A stretch of 64,000 nucleotides of DNA from Gemmatimonadales bacterium (lineage in GTDB: Bacteria > Gemmatimonadota > Gemmatimonadetes > Gemmatimonadales > GWC2-71-9), in NCBI GenBank assembly GCA_041390145.1, contig JAWKQM010000005.1:149901-213900 (forward strand), given 5' to 3'. The first letter of the stretch is position 1, and every line of letters begins with the position of its first letter. The translations under genes were made by a program, and so were the position numbers. Shown here piece by piece: positions 8,878 to 20,439 of this stretch. The notes under the pieces are model-generated. The model made no database searches. It saw only the letters and a program-made list of their open reading frames with translations, and was not told the DNA's origin.

Positions 8878-9489
8878 ATGACGACGAAGACGAAGGCGAT
8901 TTCAGCGAAGGACGTTGCCGAGCTCCGCGCCCGGACCGGTGCCGGCATGATGGACTGCAAGAAGGCGCTCGAGGAGGCCGGCGGCGACAAGGAGAAGGCC
9001 GGCGAGCTGCTGCGGGCCAAGGGCATGGCGAAGGCGGAGAAGCGCGCCGGCCGGAGCGCCAGCCAGGGCCTGGTGGTCAACTACATGCACCACAACGGGC
9101 AGGTGGGCGTGCTGGTCGAGCTGAACAGCGAGACCGACTTCGTGGCGCGGACCGAGGCCTTCGGCCAGCTGGCGCGCGACATCGCGCTGCACATCGCCTC
9201 GGCCGATCCGCTGGCGGTCAACCCGGAGGACATCGATCCCGAGCTCATCGAGCGCGAGCGCCGGATCGCCGAGCAGCAGGTGGCCGAAGAAGGGAAGCCG
9301 GAGGCCATCCGCGCCAAGATCGTCGACGGCAAGATCAAGAAGTTCGTCGCGGAGCGGACGCTGCTCGAGCAGCCGTTCGTGAAGGACGACAGCAAGACGA
9401 TCGGCCAGCTGGTGAAGGAAGTGTCGGGCCAGCTGGGCGAGGCCGTCGTGGTCCGCCGCTTCGCCCGGTTCAAGATCGGGGAAGAGTGA
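8878..9489 (+). CDS. tsf: Elongation factor Ts (short ~200-aa form)
   Basis: [33 protein letters not shown]...LR.KG is the canonical EF-Ts N-terminus, followed by [14 protein letters not shown]. Confidence 0.93.
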   Translation: MTTKTKAISAKDVAELRARTGAGMMDCKKALEEAGGDKEKAGELLRAKGMAKAEKRAGRSASQGLVVNYMHHNGQVGVLVELNSETDFVARTEAFGQLARDIALHIASADPLAVNPEDIDPELIERERRIAEQQVAEEGKPEAIRAKIVDGKIKKFVAERTLLEQPFVKDDSKTIGQLVKEVSGQLGEAVVVRRFARFKIGEE

Positions 9490-10199
9490 TGGCCTTGGCC
9501 TACCCGCGCGCCCTCCTCAAGGTGTCCGGCGAAGCGCTCGCCGGTGAGAAGGGCGTGGGGGTGGACTTCAAGGTGGTCGAAGCCCTGGCCGACCAGATCA
9601 AGACCGTGCACGCGATGGGCGTGCAGCTGAGCCTCGTCGTCGGCGGCGGCAACATCATCCGCGGCACGGCGGCCAGCCGGGAAGGGCTCGACCGGGTCAA
9701 CGCCGATTACATGGGGATGCTGGCCACGGTCATCAACGCGCTCGCCATGCAGGATGTGCTCGAAAAGCTCGGCGTGCATACCCGTGTCATGACCGCCATC
9801 CGGATGGAGTCGCTCGCCGAACCGTACATCCGTCGCCGCGCGCAGCGGCACCTCGAGAAGGGCCGGCTGGTCATCTTCGCCGGCGGCACTGGCAACCCCT
9901 TCTTCTCCACCGACACCGCCGCCGTGCTCCGGGCGCTGGAAGTGGAGGCCGACGTCATCCTCAAGGCCACCAACGTGGACGGCGTCTACACGGCGGATCC
10001 CCGGACCGACAAGGCCGCCGCCTTCATTCCGGAGCTCACCTTCCAGGAAGCGATCGTCAAGGGTTACGCCGTCATGGACGCCAACGCGTTCGGGCTCTGC
10101 AAGGCCAACCAGCTGCCGATCCAGGTCTTCAACATCAACGAACCCGGAGCCATCGCGCGGATCCTGCGGGGCGAGCGGGTCGGGACAATCGTCCGATGA
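9486..10199 (+). CDS. pyrH: Uridylate kinase
   Basis: [11 protein letters not shown]...[10 protein letters not shown]...[14 protein letters not shown]...[17 protein letters not shown]...[12 protein letters not shown]. Confidence 0.95.
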   Translation: MMALAYPRALLKVSGEALAGEKGVGVDFKVVEALADQIKTVHAMGVQLSLVVGGGNIIRGTAASREGLDRVNADYMGMLATVINALAMQDVLEKLGVHTRVMTAIRMESLAEPYIRRRAQRHLEKGRLVIFAGGTGNPFFSTDTAAVLRALEVEADVILKATNVDGVYTADPRTDKAAAFIPELTFQEAIVKGYAVMDANAFGLCKANQLPIQVFNINEPGAIARILRGERVGTIVR

Positions 10200-10750
10200 G
10201 CACCATTCCAGAACTGCTGAAGCACTGCCGCGAATTGATGGTCAAGGCCGTGGACAGCACCAAGCGCGAACTGACCGGCATTCGGAGCGGCAAGGCCAGC
10301 ACGGCCTTGCTCGACAGCATCCGCATCGACGCCTACGGCTCCAGCGTGCCCCTGAACCAGGTGGCGATGGTGGCGGCGCCCGAGCCCCGCATGCTCACCG
10401 TCCAGCCCTTCGACAAGACGCTGGCGCCGGTCATCGAGAAAGCCATTCGTGACGGCGACCTCGGGCTCAACCCCGCCTCCCAGGGCAACCTCATCCGGGT
10501 CCCGCTGCCCGCCCTCTCCGAGGAGCGGCGCAAGGAACTGGTCAAGGTGGTGCACAAGCTGGCGGAAGAGGGGCGTATCGCCATCCGGCACGCGCGGACG
10601 GACACCCTCGGCAAGATCAAGAAGCTCGAGCACATCAGCGAGGACGACAAGGCGCGCGGCGAGAAGGACGTCCAGAAGCTCACGGACGAACATGTCAAGC
10701 TCGTGGACGAAGTGATCAAGTCCAAAGAAGCGGAAATCATGGAAGTTTGA
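10196..10750 (+). CDS. frr: Ribosome recycling factor
   Basis: Size (184 aa), position after pyrH, and the motifs [40 protein letters not shown] and IRHAR. Confidence 0.95.
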   Translation: MSTIPELLKHCRELMVKAVDSTKRELTGIRSGKASTALLDSIRIDAYGSSVPLNQVAMVAAPEPRMLTVQPFDKTLAPVIEKAIRDGDLGLNPASQGNLIRVPLPALSEERRKELVKVVHKLAEEGRIAIRHARTDTLGKIKKLEHISEDDKARGEKDVQKLTDEHVKLVDEVIKSKEAEIMEV

Positions 10751-10754
10751 CGGC

Positions 10755-11495
10755 ATGAGCGATCCGCTGCTCGATTCGATCCTTCGGCAGGGTGCGGTCC
10801 CGGCGCACGTCGCCATCATCATGGACGGAAACGGCCGGTGGGCGCAGGCGCGCGCCCTGCCGCGCCCGGCAGGACACCAGGCCGGCATGCAGGCGGTGCG
10901 CGAGGCCGTCGAAGGCGCGCGCAGCGCCGGCGTCAAGGTGCTTACCCTCTTCGCCTTTTCCCAGGAAAACTGGCACCGACCGCCCGAGGAAATCGACGCC
11001 CTCATGTCGCTCCTCGAGGAGTATATCGCGCGGGAGCGCGAGGAACTCATCGCGCGGGGCGTGGCGGTGCGGTTTCTCGGCGACCTCGACCGGCTCGTGC
11101 CGAGCGCGCGAGCCGCGGTGGACGAGACCATCCGCGCCACCGCGGGCGGCACCGAACTGGCGCTCAACATCTGCATCTCCTACGGGTCGCGCGCGGAACT
11201 GACCCGGGCGGCCCGTCTCATCGCCGAGGATGTCGCCGCCGGCCGGCTGGTCCCCGCCGAGGTGGACGAGGATGCCATCGCACGCCGGCTCTACACCGCC
11301 GTCTGGCCCGACCCCGACCTGCTCATCCGCACCTCCGGGGAACTCCGCCTCTCCAATTTTCTGCTCTGGCAGCTGGCCTACGCTGAGTTCTTCGTGACCC
11401 CGGTGCTCTGGCCCGACTTCACGCGCCACGATTTCTTCGAGGCCGTCGTCGAGTTCCAGCGCCGCGACCGCCGATTCGGACGCGTCCCGACCTGA
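10755..11495 (+). CDS. uppS: Undecaprenyl diphosphate synthase
   Basis: HVAIIMDGNGRWA...GH..G...LTLFAFSQENW.RP..E...IRTSGE.RLSNFLLWQLAYAEF. Confidence 0.95.
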   Translation: MSDPLLDSILRQGAVPAHVAIIMDGNGRWAQARALPRPAGHQAGMQAVREAVEGARSAGVKVLTLFAFSQENWHRPPEEIDALMSLLEEYIAREREELIARGVAVRFLGDLDRLVPSARAAVDETIRATAGGTELALNICISYGSRAELTRAARLIAEDVAAGRLVPAEVDEDAIARRLYTAVWPDPDLLIRTSGELRLSNFLLWQLAYAEFFVTPVLWPDFTRHDFFEAVVEFQRRDRRFGRVPT

Positions 11496-12361
11496 TGGAC
11501 CGCAACATGCAAGCGCGGATCGCGTTCGCCGCGGTCGCGATCCCAACGGCGCTGGCCATCGTCTGGTTCGGCGGGTGGGCGCTGGTGGTCCTGCTGACGC
11601 TGGCCGGCGTGCTCGGCACCCGCGAGCTGTTCAACTTTGCCGAACAGCGGGGCGTGCGGCCCTCGCCGGTCCTGGGACTCGGCGCTGCGGCCCTCGCGGC
11701 CCCGCTCACCTGGCTGTCCCTGAGCCGCCCCGCCGTCTTCGTGGCCATCGCCGACTGGTGGCCGTACGCCGCCGCGGTCTGGGTGCTCGCCGTGCTCACC
11801 TGGGCCACCATGCGCCGCGCGCCCGACGCCCATCCGCTCGGCGCCGTGACCGTGACGCTGATCGGGCCGCTCTACGCCGCGGCGCTTCCCGCGTTTCTCC
11901 TGGTCCTCCGCCACACCTCGTACGGCCTGATGTCGTGGGGCGGCACCGCCCTCGTCTTCTTCCCGCTGGTGGTCACCTGGGTCGGCGACTCGGCCGCCAT
12001 GTCGGGCGGCCGCGCCTTCGGGGGGCCGAAGATGGCGCCGACCATCAGCCCCGGGAAGACGCGCTCGGGCGGCATCAGCGGCCTGGTCGGCGCGGCCGTC
12101 GCCGGCGCGCTCCTGGTGCCGCTCGCGCTCCGGCCCACCGGCGTTGACCTTGGCGTCGCCGCGGCGGCCGCGATCGGCCTGCTGCTTGGCGTGGTCGGGC
12201 AGGTGGGCGACCTGGCCGAATCGCTCCTCAAGCGCGAGGCGGGCGTCAAGGACTCGAGTCACCTGATTCCCGGTCACGGCGGCGTCCTCGACCGGTTCGA
12301 CTCGCTGATCTTCGTGCTTCCCGTCGCGGCGCTGCTCTTCCGTCTGCTCGGCGTTCTCTGA
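11495..12361 (+). CDS. cdsA: Phosphatidate cytidylyltransferase
   Basis: Polytopic membrane protein with SPGKT..G and KR..GVKDSS.LIPGHGGVLDRFDS (the CdsA signature). Confidence 0.9.
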   Translation: MDRNMQARIAFAAVAIPTALAIVWFGGWALVVLLTLAGVLGTRELFNFAEQRGVRPSPVLGLGAAALAAPLTWLSLSRPAVFVAIADWWPYAAAVWVLAVLTWATMRRAPDAHPLGAVTVTLIGPLYAAALPAFLLVLRHTSYGLMSWGGTALVFFPLVVTWVGDSAAMSGGRAFGGPKMAPTISPGKTRSGGISGLVGAAVAGALLVPLALRPTGVDLGVAAAAAIGLLLGVVGQVGDLAESLLKREAGVKDSSHLIPGHGGVLDRFDSLIFVLPVAALLFRLLGVL

Positions 12362-13455
12362 TGCGCGGAGTGGCGGTGCTGGGCTCCACCGGCTCCATCG
12401 GTCGGAGCACGCTGGCCGTCCTCGCCCGGCAGCGGGAGCACTTCCGCGTCGTGGCGCTCACCGCCGGCCGCAACGCCACCCTCCTCGAATCCCAGCGCCG
12501 CGAGTGGACCCCCGACTTCGTCGGGCTGGCCGACGTCGCCGGCGCGGCGGTCCTTCTCGAGGCGGCGACCCATCCCGCCGTCGATATCGTGGTGAACGCG
12601 GTCGTCGGCGCGGCCGGCCTCGACGCGACGCTCGCGGCGCTGCGTGCGGGGAAGCGCGTCGCCCTCGCCAACAAGGAATCGCTGGTGATGGCCGGGGAAC
12701 TGGTGATGGAAGCTGCGCGGTCCGGCGGCGGAGAGCTAATTCCGGTGGACAGCGAGCACAGCGCCGTGCTGCAGTGCCTCGCCGGCCAGGACAGCACGCT
12801 CGAACGGCTGATCCTGACGGCGTCCGGCGGTCCCTTCCGCGAATGGTCCCCCGAGCGGGTGCAGGGGGCGTCGATCGAGGAGGCGCTGCGTCACCCCACG
12901 TGGAGCATGGGGAGTAAGATCACCGTCGACAGCGCCACGCTGGCCAACAAGGCGCTCGAGGTGATCGAAGCCCACTTCCTGTACGGGCTCCCCTACGACC
13001 GGATCGAGGTCGTGGTGCATCCGCAGAGCATCGTGCATGCGTTCGTGGAGTTTGGCGACGGCAGCGTCCTGGCCCAGCTCGGGTTTCCTACCATGGAACT
13101 GCCGATCCTCTACGCCTTGACCCATCCGGACCGATTGCCGGACCGCGGCGTGCCGCGCTTTGACCCGATCGCCGCCGGGTCGCTCACCTTCGAGCCGGTG
13201 CGCCGGGATGTGTTCCGGACCTTTGACGCCGGCGTCGAGGCGGGCCGCGCCGGCGGCACCGCGCCGGCCGTGTTCAACGCCGCCAATGAAGTCGCCGTCG
13301 CCGCCTTTCTCGAGCGACGTATCCCGTTCGGCCGTATTCCTGACACCATCCGGGCGGCCCTTGATGCCCATACCGTTCACCCGGCAAGTTCGCTGGAGGC
13401 GGTTCGTGAGGCGGATCGCTGGGCCCGCGCCCGAGCCCGTGAGGAGATGACGTGA
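12361..13455 (+). CDS. dxr: 1-deoxy-D-xylulose 5-phosphate reductoisomerase
   Basis: VAVLGSTGSIGRSTL...ALANKESLVMAG...PVDSEHSA..QC...LTASGGPFR...HP.WSMG.KITVDSATL.NKALE.IEA. Confidence 0.95.
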   Translation: MRGVAVLGSTGSIGRSTLAVLARQREHFRVVALTAGRNATLLESQRREWTPDFVGLADVAGAAVLLEAATHPAVDIVVNAVVGAAGLDATLAALRAGKRVALANKESLVMAGELVMEAARSGGGELIPVDSEHSAVLQCLAGQDSTLERLILTASGGPFREWSPERVQGASIEEALRHPTWSMGSKITVDSATLANKALEVIEAHFLYGLPYDRIEVVVHPQSIVHAFVEFGDGSVLAQLGFPTMELPILYALTHPDRLPDRGVPRFDPIAAGSLTFEPVRRDVFRTFDAGVEAGRAGGTAPAVFNAANEVAVAAFLERRIPFGRIPDTIRAALDAHTVHPASSLEAVREADRWARARAREEMT

Positions 13456-14828
13456 TCGCACTCCAGACCACCCTGTCCCTGCTGGTCGTCCTCGGCATCC
13501 TGGTGTTCGTCCACGAGGCGGGGCACTTCCTGGCCGCCAAGTGGGCGGGGGTGTGGGTCCACCGCTTTGCGCTCGGCATCGGCAACCCGATCCCCGGGCT
13601 TTCCTTCAAGTGGCGGGAGACCGAGTACGCCATCTGCTGGCTGCCGCTCGGCGGGTATGTGAAGATGGCCACCGCCGAAGAGGAGGCCACCAGCAGCGCG
13701 CTCGAAGGCGGAACGCCGGATGCGATCGTGCCGCCGGACATGTATTTCGAGGCGAAGCCGGTCTGGAAGCGGATGATCATCATCCTCGCCGGCGTGACGA
13801 TGAATGCACTCTTCGCGTGGGCGGTCTTCAGCGGGCTGGCCATCAAGAATGGCCGGGCCTTCGATCCCGAAACGCGGGTCGGGCAGGTCGACACCACCGG
13901 GTTCGTGGCGGCGCTGGCTCCACTGGCGCAGCTCGCGCCCGGCGACAGCATCGTGGCCGTCAACGGGGAAGCGGTGCACAACTGGGGCGACGTGCTCAAC
14001 GGGATCATGAACGGATCCGCCGACACGATCACGATCGCCGTGGCGGGCAAGTCGGACATCGTCCTCCCCGTCCATCCCGACGCCGTGGAGGAGCGCGCCA
14101 TGGCGGCGCAGTCGATTTCCTCCTGGCGACCCCCGGTGGTGTCGACGGTGACGCCGGGCGGGCCGGCGAGCCGGGCTGGATTCGAGCCGGGCGACCTCAT
14201 TCTGACGGTGGACGGCATCGCGGTGCCGCAGTGGTGGGACCTCACCGCCCTGATCGAGGCCCGCCAGGGCGACACGGTCGCCGTCGAGGTGGCGCGTGGG
14301 GGCGAGCAGAAGAGGCTCACCGTGATTCCCGGCTCGAAGGTCGTGCGCAATCCTGATGGGTCGGAGCGGGCGGTCGGCGTCATCGGCGTCGGGAGCCAGA
14401 GCCAGGTGGTGTATGAACCGCTGGGTTTCGTCGAGGCGGTGGGGGAGGGGTTCGACGCCACGCTCAGCGCGTCGACCACCGTGGTGCGCTCGGTGCGCGG
14501 CATGCTGACCGGCCGGGTGTCAGGCCGGAACATCGGCGGGCCGATCGCGATCGGGCAGATGGCGGCAGCATCCGCCGAGGCCGGGCTCGGGGTCTTCTTC
14601 GGCTTCCTCGGCGTCATTTCGATCAACCTCGCCGTGCTGAACCTGCTGCCGATTCCGATCCTGGATGGCGGGCAGTTCCTCTTCCTGCTGGCCGAGGGGA
14701 TCCTGCGGCGTCCGCTCTCGCTGAAGCTGCGGGAGCGGCTGACGGTGGTGGGGTTGGTGCTGGTGCTGGCCCTGATGCTCTTCGCGTTCTGGAATGACCT
14801 GAGCAGGATCTTCCTGAACCTCGGCTAA
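13452..14828 (+). CDS. rseP: RIP metalloprotease RseP (site-2 protease, two PDZ domains)
   Basis: FVHEAGHFLAAK (HExxH), LGGYVKM, PDZ-like PGDSIVAVNG / PGDLILTVDG, and C-terminal NLLPIPILDGG. Confidence 0.9.
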   Translation: MIALQTTLSLLVVLGILVFVHEAGHFLAAKWAGVWVHRFALGIGNPIPGLSFKWRETEYAICWLPLGGYVKMATAEEEATSSALEGGTPDAIVPPDMYFEAKPVWKRMIIILAGVTMNALFAWAVFSGLAIKNGRAFDPETRVGQVDTTGFVAALAPLAQLAPGDSIVAVNGEAVHNWGDVLNGIMNGSADTITIAVAGKSDIVLPVHPDAVEERAMAAQSISSWRPPVVSTVTPGGPASRAGFEPGDLILTVDGIAVPQWWDLTALIEARQGDTVAVEVARGGEQKRLTVIPGSKVVRNPDGSERAVGVIGVGSQSQVVYEPLGFVEAVGEGFDATLSASTTVVRSVRGMLTGRVSGRNIGGPIAIGQMAAASAEAGLGVFFGFLGVISINLAVLNLLPIPILDGGQFLFLLAEGILRRPLSLKLRERLTVVGLVLVLALMLFAFWNDLSRIFLNLG

Positions 14829-14910
14829 GTTGTTGTGCAGGATTGGCTTGCGGATTTCTCGGCCGTGGGCCATCGATTCGGGGGCCCGGGCCGGGAAGTG
14901 GCCCAACCCC

Positions 14911-14939
14911 TTGTCACGCCGTAACTAGCGGGTTATTTT
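14911..14939 (+). promoter_or_regulatory. Candidate sigma-70-type promoter upstream of rpsO (TTGTCA-17 nt-TATTTT)
   Basis: TTGTCA at 14911-14916, a 17-nt spacer, then TATTTT at 14934-14939, about 70 nt upstream of the rpsO ATG. Pattern match only. Confidence 0.35.
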
Positions 14940-15006
14940 TCTGTGCTTGGAAGAATCGTTAATTGACAGACGTTGCCCGAGCGGGCACCCAACGGAAACC
15001 GACAGA

Positions 15007-15267
15007 ATGAGCTTCGACAAGCAGGCCGTCACTGAAAAGCATCGCCTCCACGAGACGGACACCGGGTCCGCTCCCCTGCAGGTGGCCATGCTGACCGAGC
15101 GGATCAACTCGCTCACCGAACACTTCCGGACCCACTCGAAGGACCATCATGGTCGCCGAGGGCTCCTGAAGATGGTCGGCACGCGGCGCCGCCTGCTCAC
15201 GTACCTGAAGCGAAACGATCTGCCGACATACCGAGCGCTCCTCGAGCAACTCGGTCTCCGCCACTAA
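15007..15267 (+). CDS. rpsO: 30S ribosomal protein S15
   Basis: TGS...[33 protein letters not shown] is canonical S15. ATG 15007 is preferred over the longer ORF-track start. Confidence 0.95.
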   Translation: MSFDKQAVTEKHRLHETDTGSAPLQVAMLTERINSLTEHFRTHSKDHHGRRGLLKMVGTRRRLLTYLKRNDLPTYRALLEQLGLRH

Positions 15268-15282
15268 CTGAAGCCCGTGGGC

Positions 15283-15320
15283 GAGGGCGTCCCGACCGAG
15301 CACGACGGGACGCCCTCTTT
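15283..15320 (+). terminator. Perfect 12-bp stem hairpin plus T-run between rpsO and pnp (terminator/attenuator, possible processing site)
   Basis: GAGGGCGTCCCG (15283-15294) and CGGGACGCCCTC (15305-15316) are perfectly complementary and followed by TTTG. Confidence 0.7.
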
Positions 15321-15323
15321 GCA

Positions 15324-17438
15324 TTGCGTGCTCTGAGAAAAGAAAAGGTTGTGACTGTGCATCGGATTGAAACTGAGTTCGCCGGCCGGACCCTCACGAT
15401 CGAGACCGGGAAGATGGCGAAGCAGGCCGCCGGCTCCTGCCTGGTACGGTACGGCGACACGATGGTGCTGGCGGCGGTGACTGTCTCCAAGAACGTCTCC
15501 ACCCTCCCGTTCTTCCCCCTGACGGTCGAGTATCGCGAGAAGACCTACGCCGCGGGCAAGATCCCCGGCGGGTTCCTGAAGCGCGAAGGCCGTCCGTCGG
15601 ACAAGGAAATCCTTGCCGCGCGCGGCATCGACCGGTCCATCCGGCCGCTCTTCCCCGAGGGGTTCAAGAACGAGATCCAGGTGTTCGTCACGGTCATCTC
15701 GGCCGACCAGGAGAACGACGCGGACGTGCTCGGTGTCCTGGCCGCCTCGACCGCGCTGAGCATCTCGCCGATTCCGTGGGACGGCCCGCTGGCCGCGGTG
15801 CGCGTCGGCCAGGTCGAGGGCAACTGGATCCTCAATCCGACCTTCCAGCAGCTGGAATTCTCCGCGCTCGACCTTTTCATCACCGGCTCTGCCGACTCGA
15901 TCGTGATGGTCGAGGGTGGCGCGCACGAGATTTCCGAGAAGGATGTCCTCAACGCCCTGAAGATCGGGCAGAAGGGGATCAAGGAGCTGGTGGGCCACGC
16001 GAAGAAGATCATCGCCAAGGCCGCCAAGCCGAAGATGGAGTGGACCAAGGCCCCGCGCGACGAGGCCCTCACGAAGCGTGTGGCGGAGCTGCTCGAAAAG
16101 CCGATGGCCAAGGCCATCAACGCGAAGGACAAGGCGGGCCGCGCCGAGGGCGTCGCCAAGGTCAAGTCCGCCGCGATCGAGACGCTCGCGGCCGAGTTTC
16201 CCGACGCCGGCCGGACCATCGGCAACGAGATCGAGGAAGTCGAATACCGCGTCATGCGCGCACAGGTGCTCGACAAGGGTGAGCGGGTGGACGGGCGCGA
16301 CCCCGACACCGTTCGTCCGATCACGATCGAGACCGGCCTGTTGCCCCGGGCGCATGGCTCGGCGCTGTTCACCCGCGGCCAGACCCAGGCGCTGGTGGCG
16401 GCCACCCTCGGCACCGCCGACGACGAGCAGCGCATCGACAACATCGACGTGCCGCGCGAGACGACCAAGTCGTTCATGCTGCACTACAACTTCCCGCCGT
16501 ACTGCACCGGCGAAGTGAAGATGATCCGCGGCACCAGCCGCCGCGAAATCGGGCACGGCACGCTCGCCGAGCGGGCGCTGCAGCCGCTGCTGCCGCGGTA
16601 CGAGGAGTTCCCCTACACGATGCGCCTCGTCTCGGAAGTCCTCGAGTCGAACGGCTCGTCCTCGATGGCCTCGGTGTGCGGCGGCTCGCTGTCGCTCATG
16701 GATGCCGGCGTGCCGATGAAGAGCGCCTGCGCCGGCGTGGCGATGGGCCTGATCAAGGAAGGGAAGAAGGTCGCCATCCTCACCGACATTCTCGGTTCGG
16801 AAGACCACCTCGGCGACATGGACTTCAAGGTGGCCGGCACGACCGAGGGCATCACCTCGATCCAGATGGACATCAAGATCCAGGGCCTCGACCTGAAGAT
16901 CATGGAAGAAGCGCTCGACAAGGCACGCCTTGGCCGCCTCCACATTCTCGGCGAAATGGCGAAGGTGCTCGACACCCACCGGCCCGAGATGTCGCCGTGG
17001 GCGCCCCGGATCTTCACGCTGCAGATCAAGCCCGACAAGATCGGCGACCTCATCGGTCCGAAGGGCAAGACCATCCGTGGCATCCAGGACGCCACCGGCG
17101 CCAAGATCAGCGTCGAGGACTCCGGCCTCGTCACCATCGCCGCCGTCGGCGGTGAGGCGGGCGAGAAGGCCCGCGAGATGGTCACGGCCATCTGCACCGA
17201 GCCCGAGGTCGGCAAGATCTATGAAGGCCCCGTCAAGAGCACCACGGCGTTCGGCGCCTTCATCGAGATCCTTCCCGGCGTCGAGGGGCTGCTGCACATC
17301 AGCGAGCTCCAGCACGCCCGCACCGAGAAGACCGAAGACGTTGTCAAGAAGGGCGACATCGTGAAGGTCAAGCTCCTCGAGGTGGATGAGCGCGGCCGGA
17401 TGAAGCTGTCCCGGAAGGCGCTCCTGCCGAAGGAGTAG
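15324..17438 (+). CDS. pnp: Polyribonucleotide nucleotidyltransferase (PNPase)
   Basis: Two RNase PH-like domains, then KH (IGPKGKTIRGIQ) and S1 (GKIYEGPVKSTTAFGAFIEILPGVEGLLHISE) domains. The true start may be a GTG about 25 nt downstream of 15324. Confidence 0.93.
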   Translation: MRALRKEKVVTVHRIETEFAGRTLTIETGKMAKQAAGSCLVRYGDTMVLAAVTVSKNVSTLPFFPLTVEYREKTYAAGKIPGGFLKREGRPSDKEILAARGIDRSIRPLFPEGFKNEIQVFVTVISADQENDADVLGVLAASTALSISPIPWDGPLAAVRVGQVEGNWILNPTFQQLEFSALDLFITGSADSIVMVEGGAHEISEKDVLNALKIGQKGIKELVGHAKKIIAKAAKPKMEWTKAPRDEALTKRVAELLEKPMAKAINAKDKAGRAEGVAKVKSAAIETLAAEFPDAGRTIGNEIEEVEYRVMRAQVLDKGERVDGRDPDTVRPITIETGLLPRAHGSALFTRGQTQALVAATLGTADDEQRIDNIDVPRETTKSFMLHYNFPPYCTGEVKMIRGTSRREIGHGTLAERALQPLLPRYEEFPYTMRLVSEVLESNGSSSMASVCGGSLSLMDAGVPMKSACAGVAMGLIKEGKKVAILTDILGSEDHLGDMDFKVAGTTEGITSIQMDIKIQGLDLKIMEEALDKARLGRLHILGEMAKVLDTHRPEMSPWAPRIFTLQIKPDKIGDLIGPKGKTIRGIQDATGAKISVEDSGLVTIAAVGGEAGEKAREMVTAICTEPEVGKIYEGPVKSTTAFGAFIEILPGVEGLLHISELQHARTEKTEDVVKKGDIVKVKLLEVDERGRMKLSRKALLPKE

Positions 17439-17442
17439 CACA

Positions 17443-18699
17443 GTGACGACTGTCCGTCTCGACGACGGGCTGTTCCAGACGAGCGCACCCAACGGCTGCA
17501 CACTCCTCACGGAGAAGTTGCCGGGGGTGCGCTCGGCCGCTTTGGGGATCTGGGTCCGCTCGGCGAGCGCGCACGAGGCTCGGCCGAAGATGGGTGTGTC
17601 GCACCTGCTCGAGCACATGGTCTTCAAGGGCACCGAACGGCGCACCGCCCGCCAGATTGCGCTGGAACTCGAGGTGCGGGGCGGAAGCCTCGATGCCTAC
17701 ACCAGCCGCGACCACACCAGCTACCAGGCGCACGTCCTCGACACCGACCTCCCGCTGGCCTCGGATATCCTGTCCGACCTGGTCCGGCGCCCGCTGCTGC
17801 GGGAGGCGGATCTCGTGCCCGAGCGCAACGTGGTGCTCGAGGAGATCAACGGCGTGGAGGACACGCCCGACGACCTGGTGTTCGAACTGCATTCCGAGAC
17901 CCTCTGGCCCTCCCATCCCTACGGCTACTCGATTCTGGGCAGCGCCGAGACCGTGGGCGCCCTCTCCGCTGCCGATCTCCAGGCCTCGCACCGCAACGGC
18001 TACTTCCGGGGGAACTGCGTCATTGCCGCCGCCGGGAACGTGGAGCACGAGGCGCTGCTGGAGGCACTGGCGGGGGAGGGGTGGTTTGACGGCCCCGAGC
18101 ATGAGACGCCGCTGCCCCCTGCCGCCCCGGGTGAGCCGGCCCGCGGGGGGGTGCGCCACGAGAGTCGGGACACGACCCAGGCGCATATCGTCTTCGGCAC
18201 TGATACGTTTCCCTACGCCGACAGCCGCCGATACGCCATGGGCATGCTCATCAATGCCTTCGGTGGCGGGATGTCGAGTCGCCTCTTCCAGCGGATCCGG
18301 GAGGAACTGGGGCTGGCGTACGCGATCTACGCCTATCACCAGTTTTACCGGTCGGCGGGGCAGTCGGGGGTCTACATCGGGACCAAGCCGGAGACCGCCG
18401 AGCGGGCCATGGAGGCGATCCTGGGCGAGTACCGGCTGATGGCCGGGGAAGGGCTGTCGGCCACGGAAATCGAGGACGCGCGGCGCCAGCTCAAGGGGCA
18501 GGTGATGCTCGGTCTCGAGAGCCCCCAAAGCCGCATGAACCGGCTGGCGAGCCTGACCCTGCAGGGGGAGGCGTACCGGCCGCTGGACCGCGTTCTGGAG
18601 GAAATCGACGCCGTGACGACGGAAACACTGGCCGCGGTGGCCGCAGAGTTCTTCGCGCCGGAGCGGCAGACGATCGTGAGGTTGGGACCGAAGCTGTGA
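17443..18699 (+). CDS. M16-family zinc peptidase (pitrilysin-like)
   Basis: The inverted zinc motif HLLEHMVFKGT (HxxEH) sits near the N-terminus. 418 aa, typical for M16B. Confidence 0.85.
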   Translation: MTTVRLDDGLFQTSAPNGCTLLTEKLPGVRSAALGIWVRSASAHEARPKMGVSHLLEHMVFKGTERRTARQIALELEVRGGSLDAYTSRDHTSYQAHVLDTDLPLASDILSDLVRRPLLREADLVPERNVVLEEINGVEDTPDDLVFELHSETLWPSHPYGYSILGSAETVGALSAADLQASHRNGYFRGNCVIAAAGNVEHEALLEALAGEGWFDGPEHETPLPPAAPGEPARGGVRHESRDTTQAHIVFGTDTFPYADSRRYAMGMLINAFGGGMSSRLFQRIREELGLAYAIYAYHQFYRSAGQSGVYIGTKPETAERAMEAILGEYRLMAGEGLSATEIEDARRQLKGQVMLGLESPQSRMNRLASLTLQGEAYRPLDRVLEEIDAVTTETLAAVAAEFFAPERQTIVRLGPKL

Positions 18700-18753
18700 G
18701 GAGTGAAGGCTGAGGACTGTCTGTCACCAACGACATTTACCAAGGGTCGAGCC

Positions 18754-19865
<1,112 letters not shown>

Positions 19866-19907
19866 TGCAGGTCGCTCCCGCGCCGGTGACCCGCGTCACA
19901 TGATTCG

Positions 19908-20345
19908 ATGACGAAGATCCGTATCGTTCGTCTCCCGCACGGGGAGGGGCTGCCCCTCCCCGCCCGGGCTACCGCCGGGGCGGCCGGGTTCGATCTGGCC
20001 AGCGCCGAGGAGGGGGAGCTCGCTCCCATGGAGCGGCGGCTTTTTGCGACTGGTTTCGCGATTGCCATCCCCGCCGGGTATGAGGTGCAGCTCCGCCCCC
20101 GTTCGGGGCTGGCGCTCCGGGAGGGGCTGACCCTTCCCAATACTCCCGCCACCATCGACAGCGACTATCGTGGCGAGCTCAAGGTTGCCCTGGTCAACCT
20201 AGGGGCCGCGCCGGTGCGGGTCACCAGGGGCATGCGGATTGCTCAAATGCTCGTGTCCCGAGTGGAGCCGGCCAGCTTCGAGGAAGTCGATTCCCTCCCC
20301 CCCACGGAGCGGGGGGAGGGCGGATTCGGCAGCACCGGGCACTAG
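19908..20345 (+). CDS. dut: dUTP diphosphatase
   Basis: AGFDL...RSGLA...[11 protein letters not shown]...N.G...RIAQM...[11 protein letters not shown]. Confidence 0.93.
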   Translation: MTKIRIVRLPHGEGLPLPARATAGAAGFDLASAEEGELAPMERRLFATGFAIAIPAGYEVQLRPRSGLALREGLTLPNTPATIDSDYRGELKVALVNLGAAPVRVTRGMRIAQMLVSRVEPASFEEVDSLPPTERGEGGFGSTGH

Positions 20346-20439
20346 CGTCTAACTCTCGGTCTTGTCCCGATTTACGGCATTCGTTAGCTTTGTGCTCGAC
20401 GCCCCCCACCCAACTGAAAGCCACGAGATTGCCCACAGG

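Noticed and set aside
15264-17645. 793-aa ORF antisense to pnp
   Set aside because: It lies entirely opposite a well-supported PNPase gene. Its translation is Arg/Gly/Ala/Asp/Leu-rich with no recognisable motifs. Long stop-free antisense frames are expected in high-GC coding DNA.
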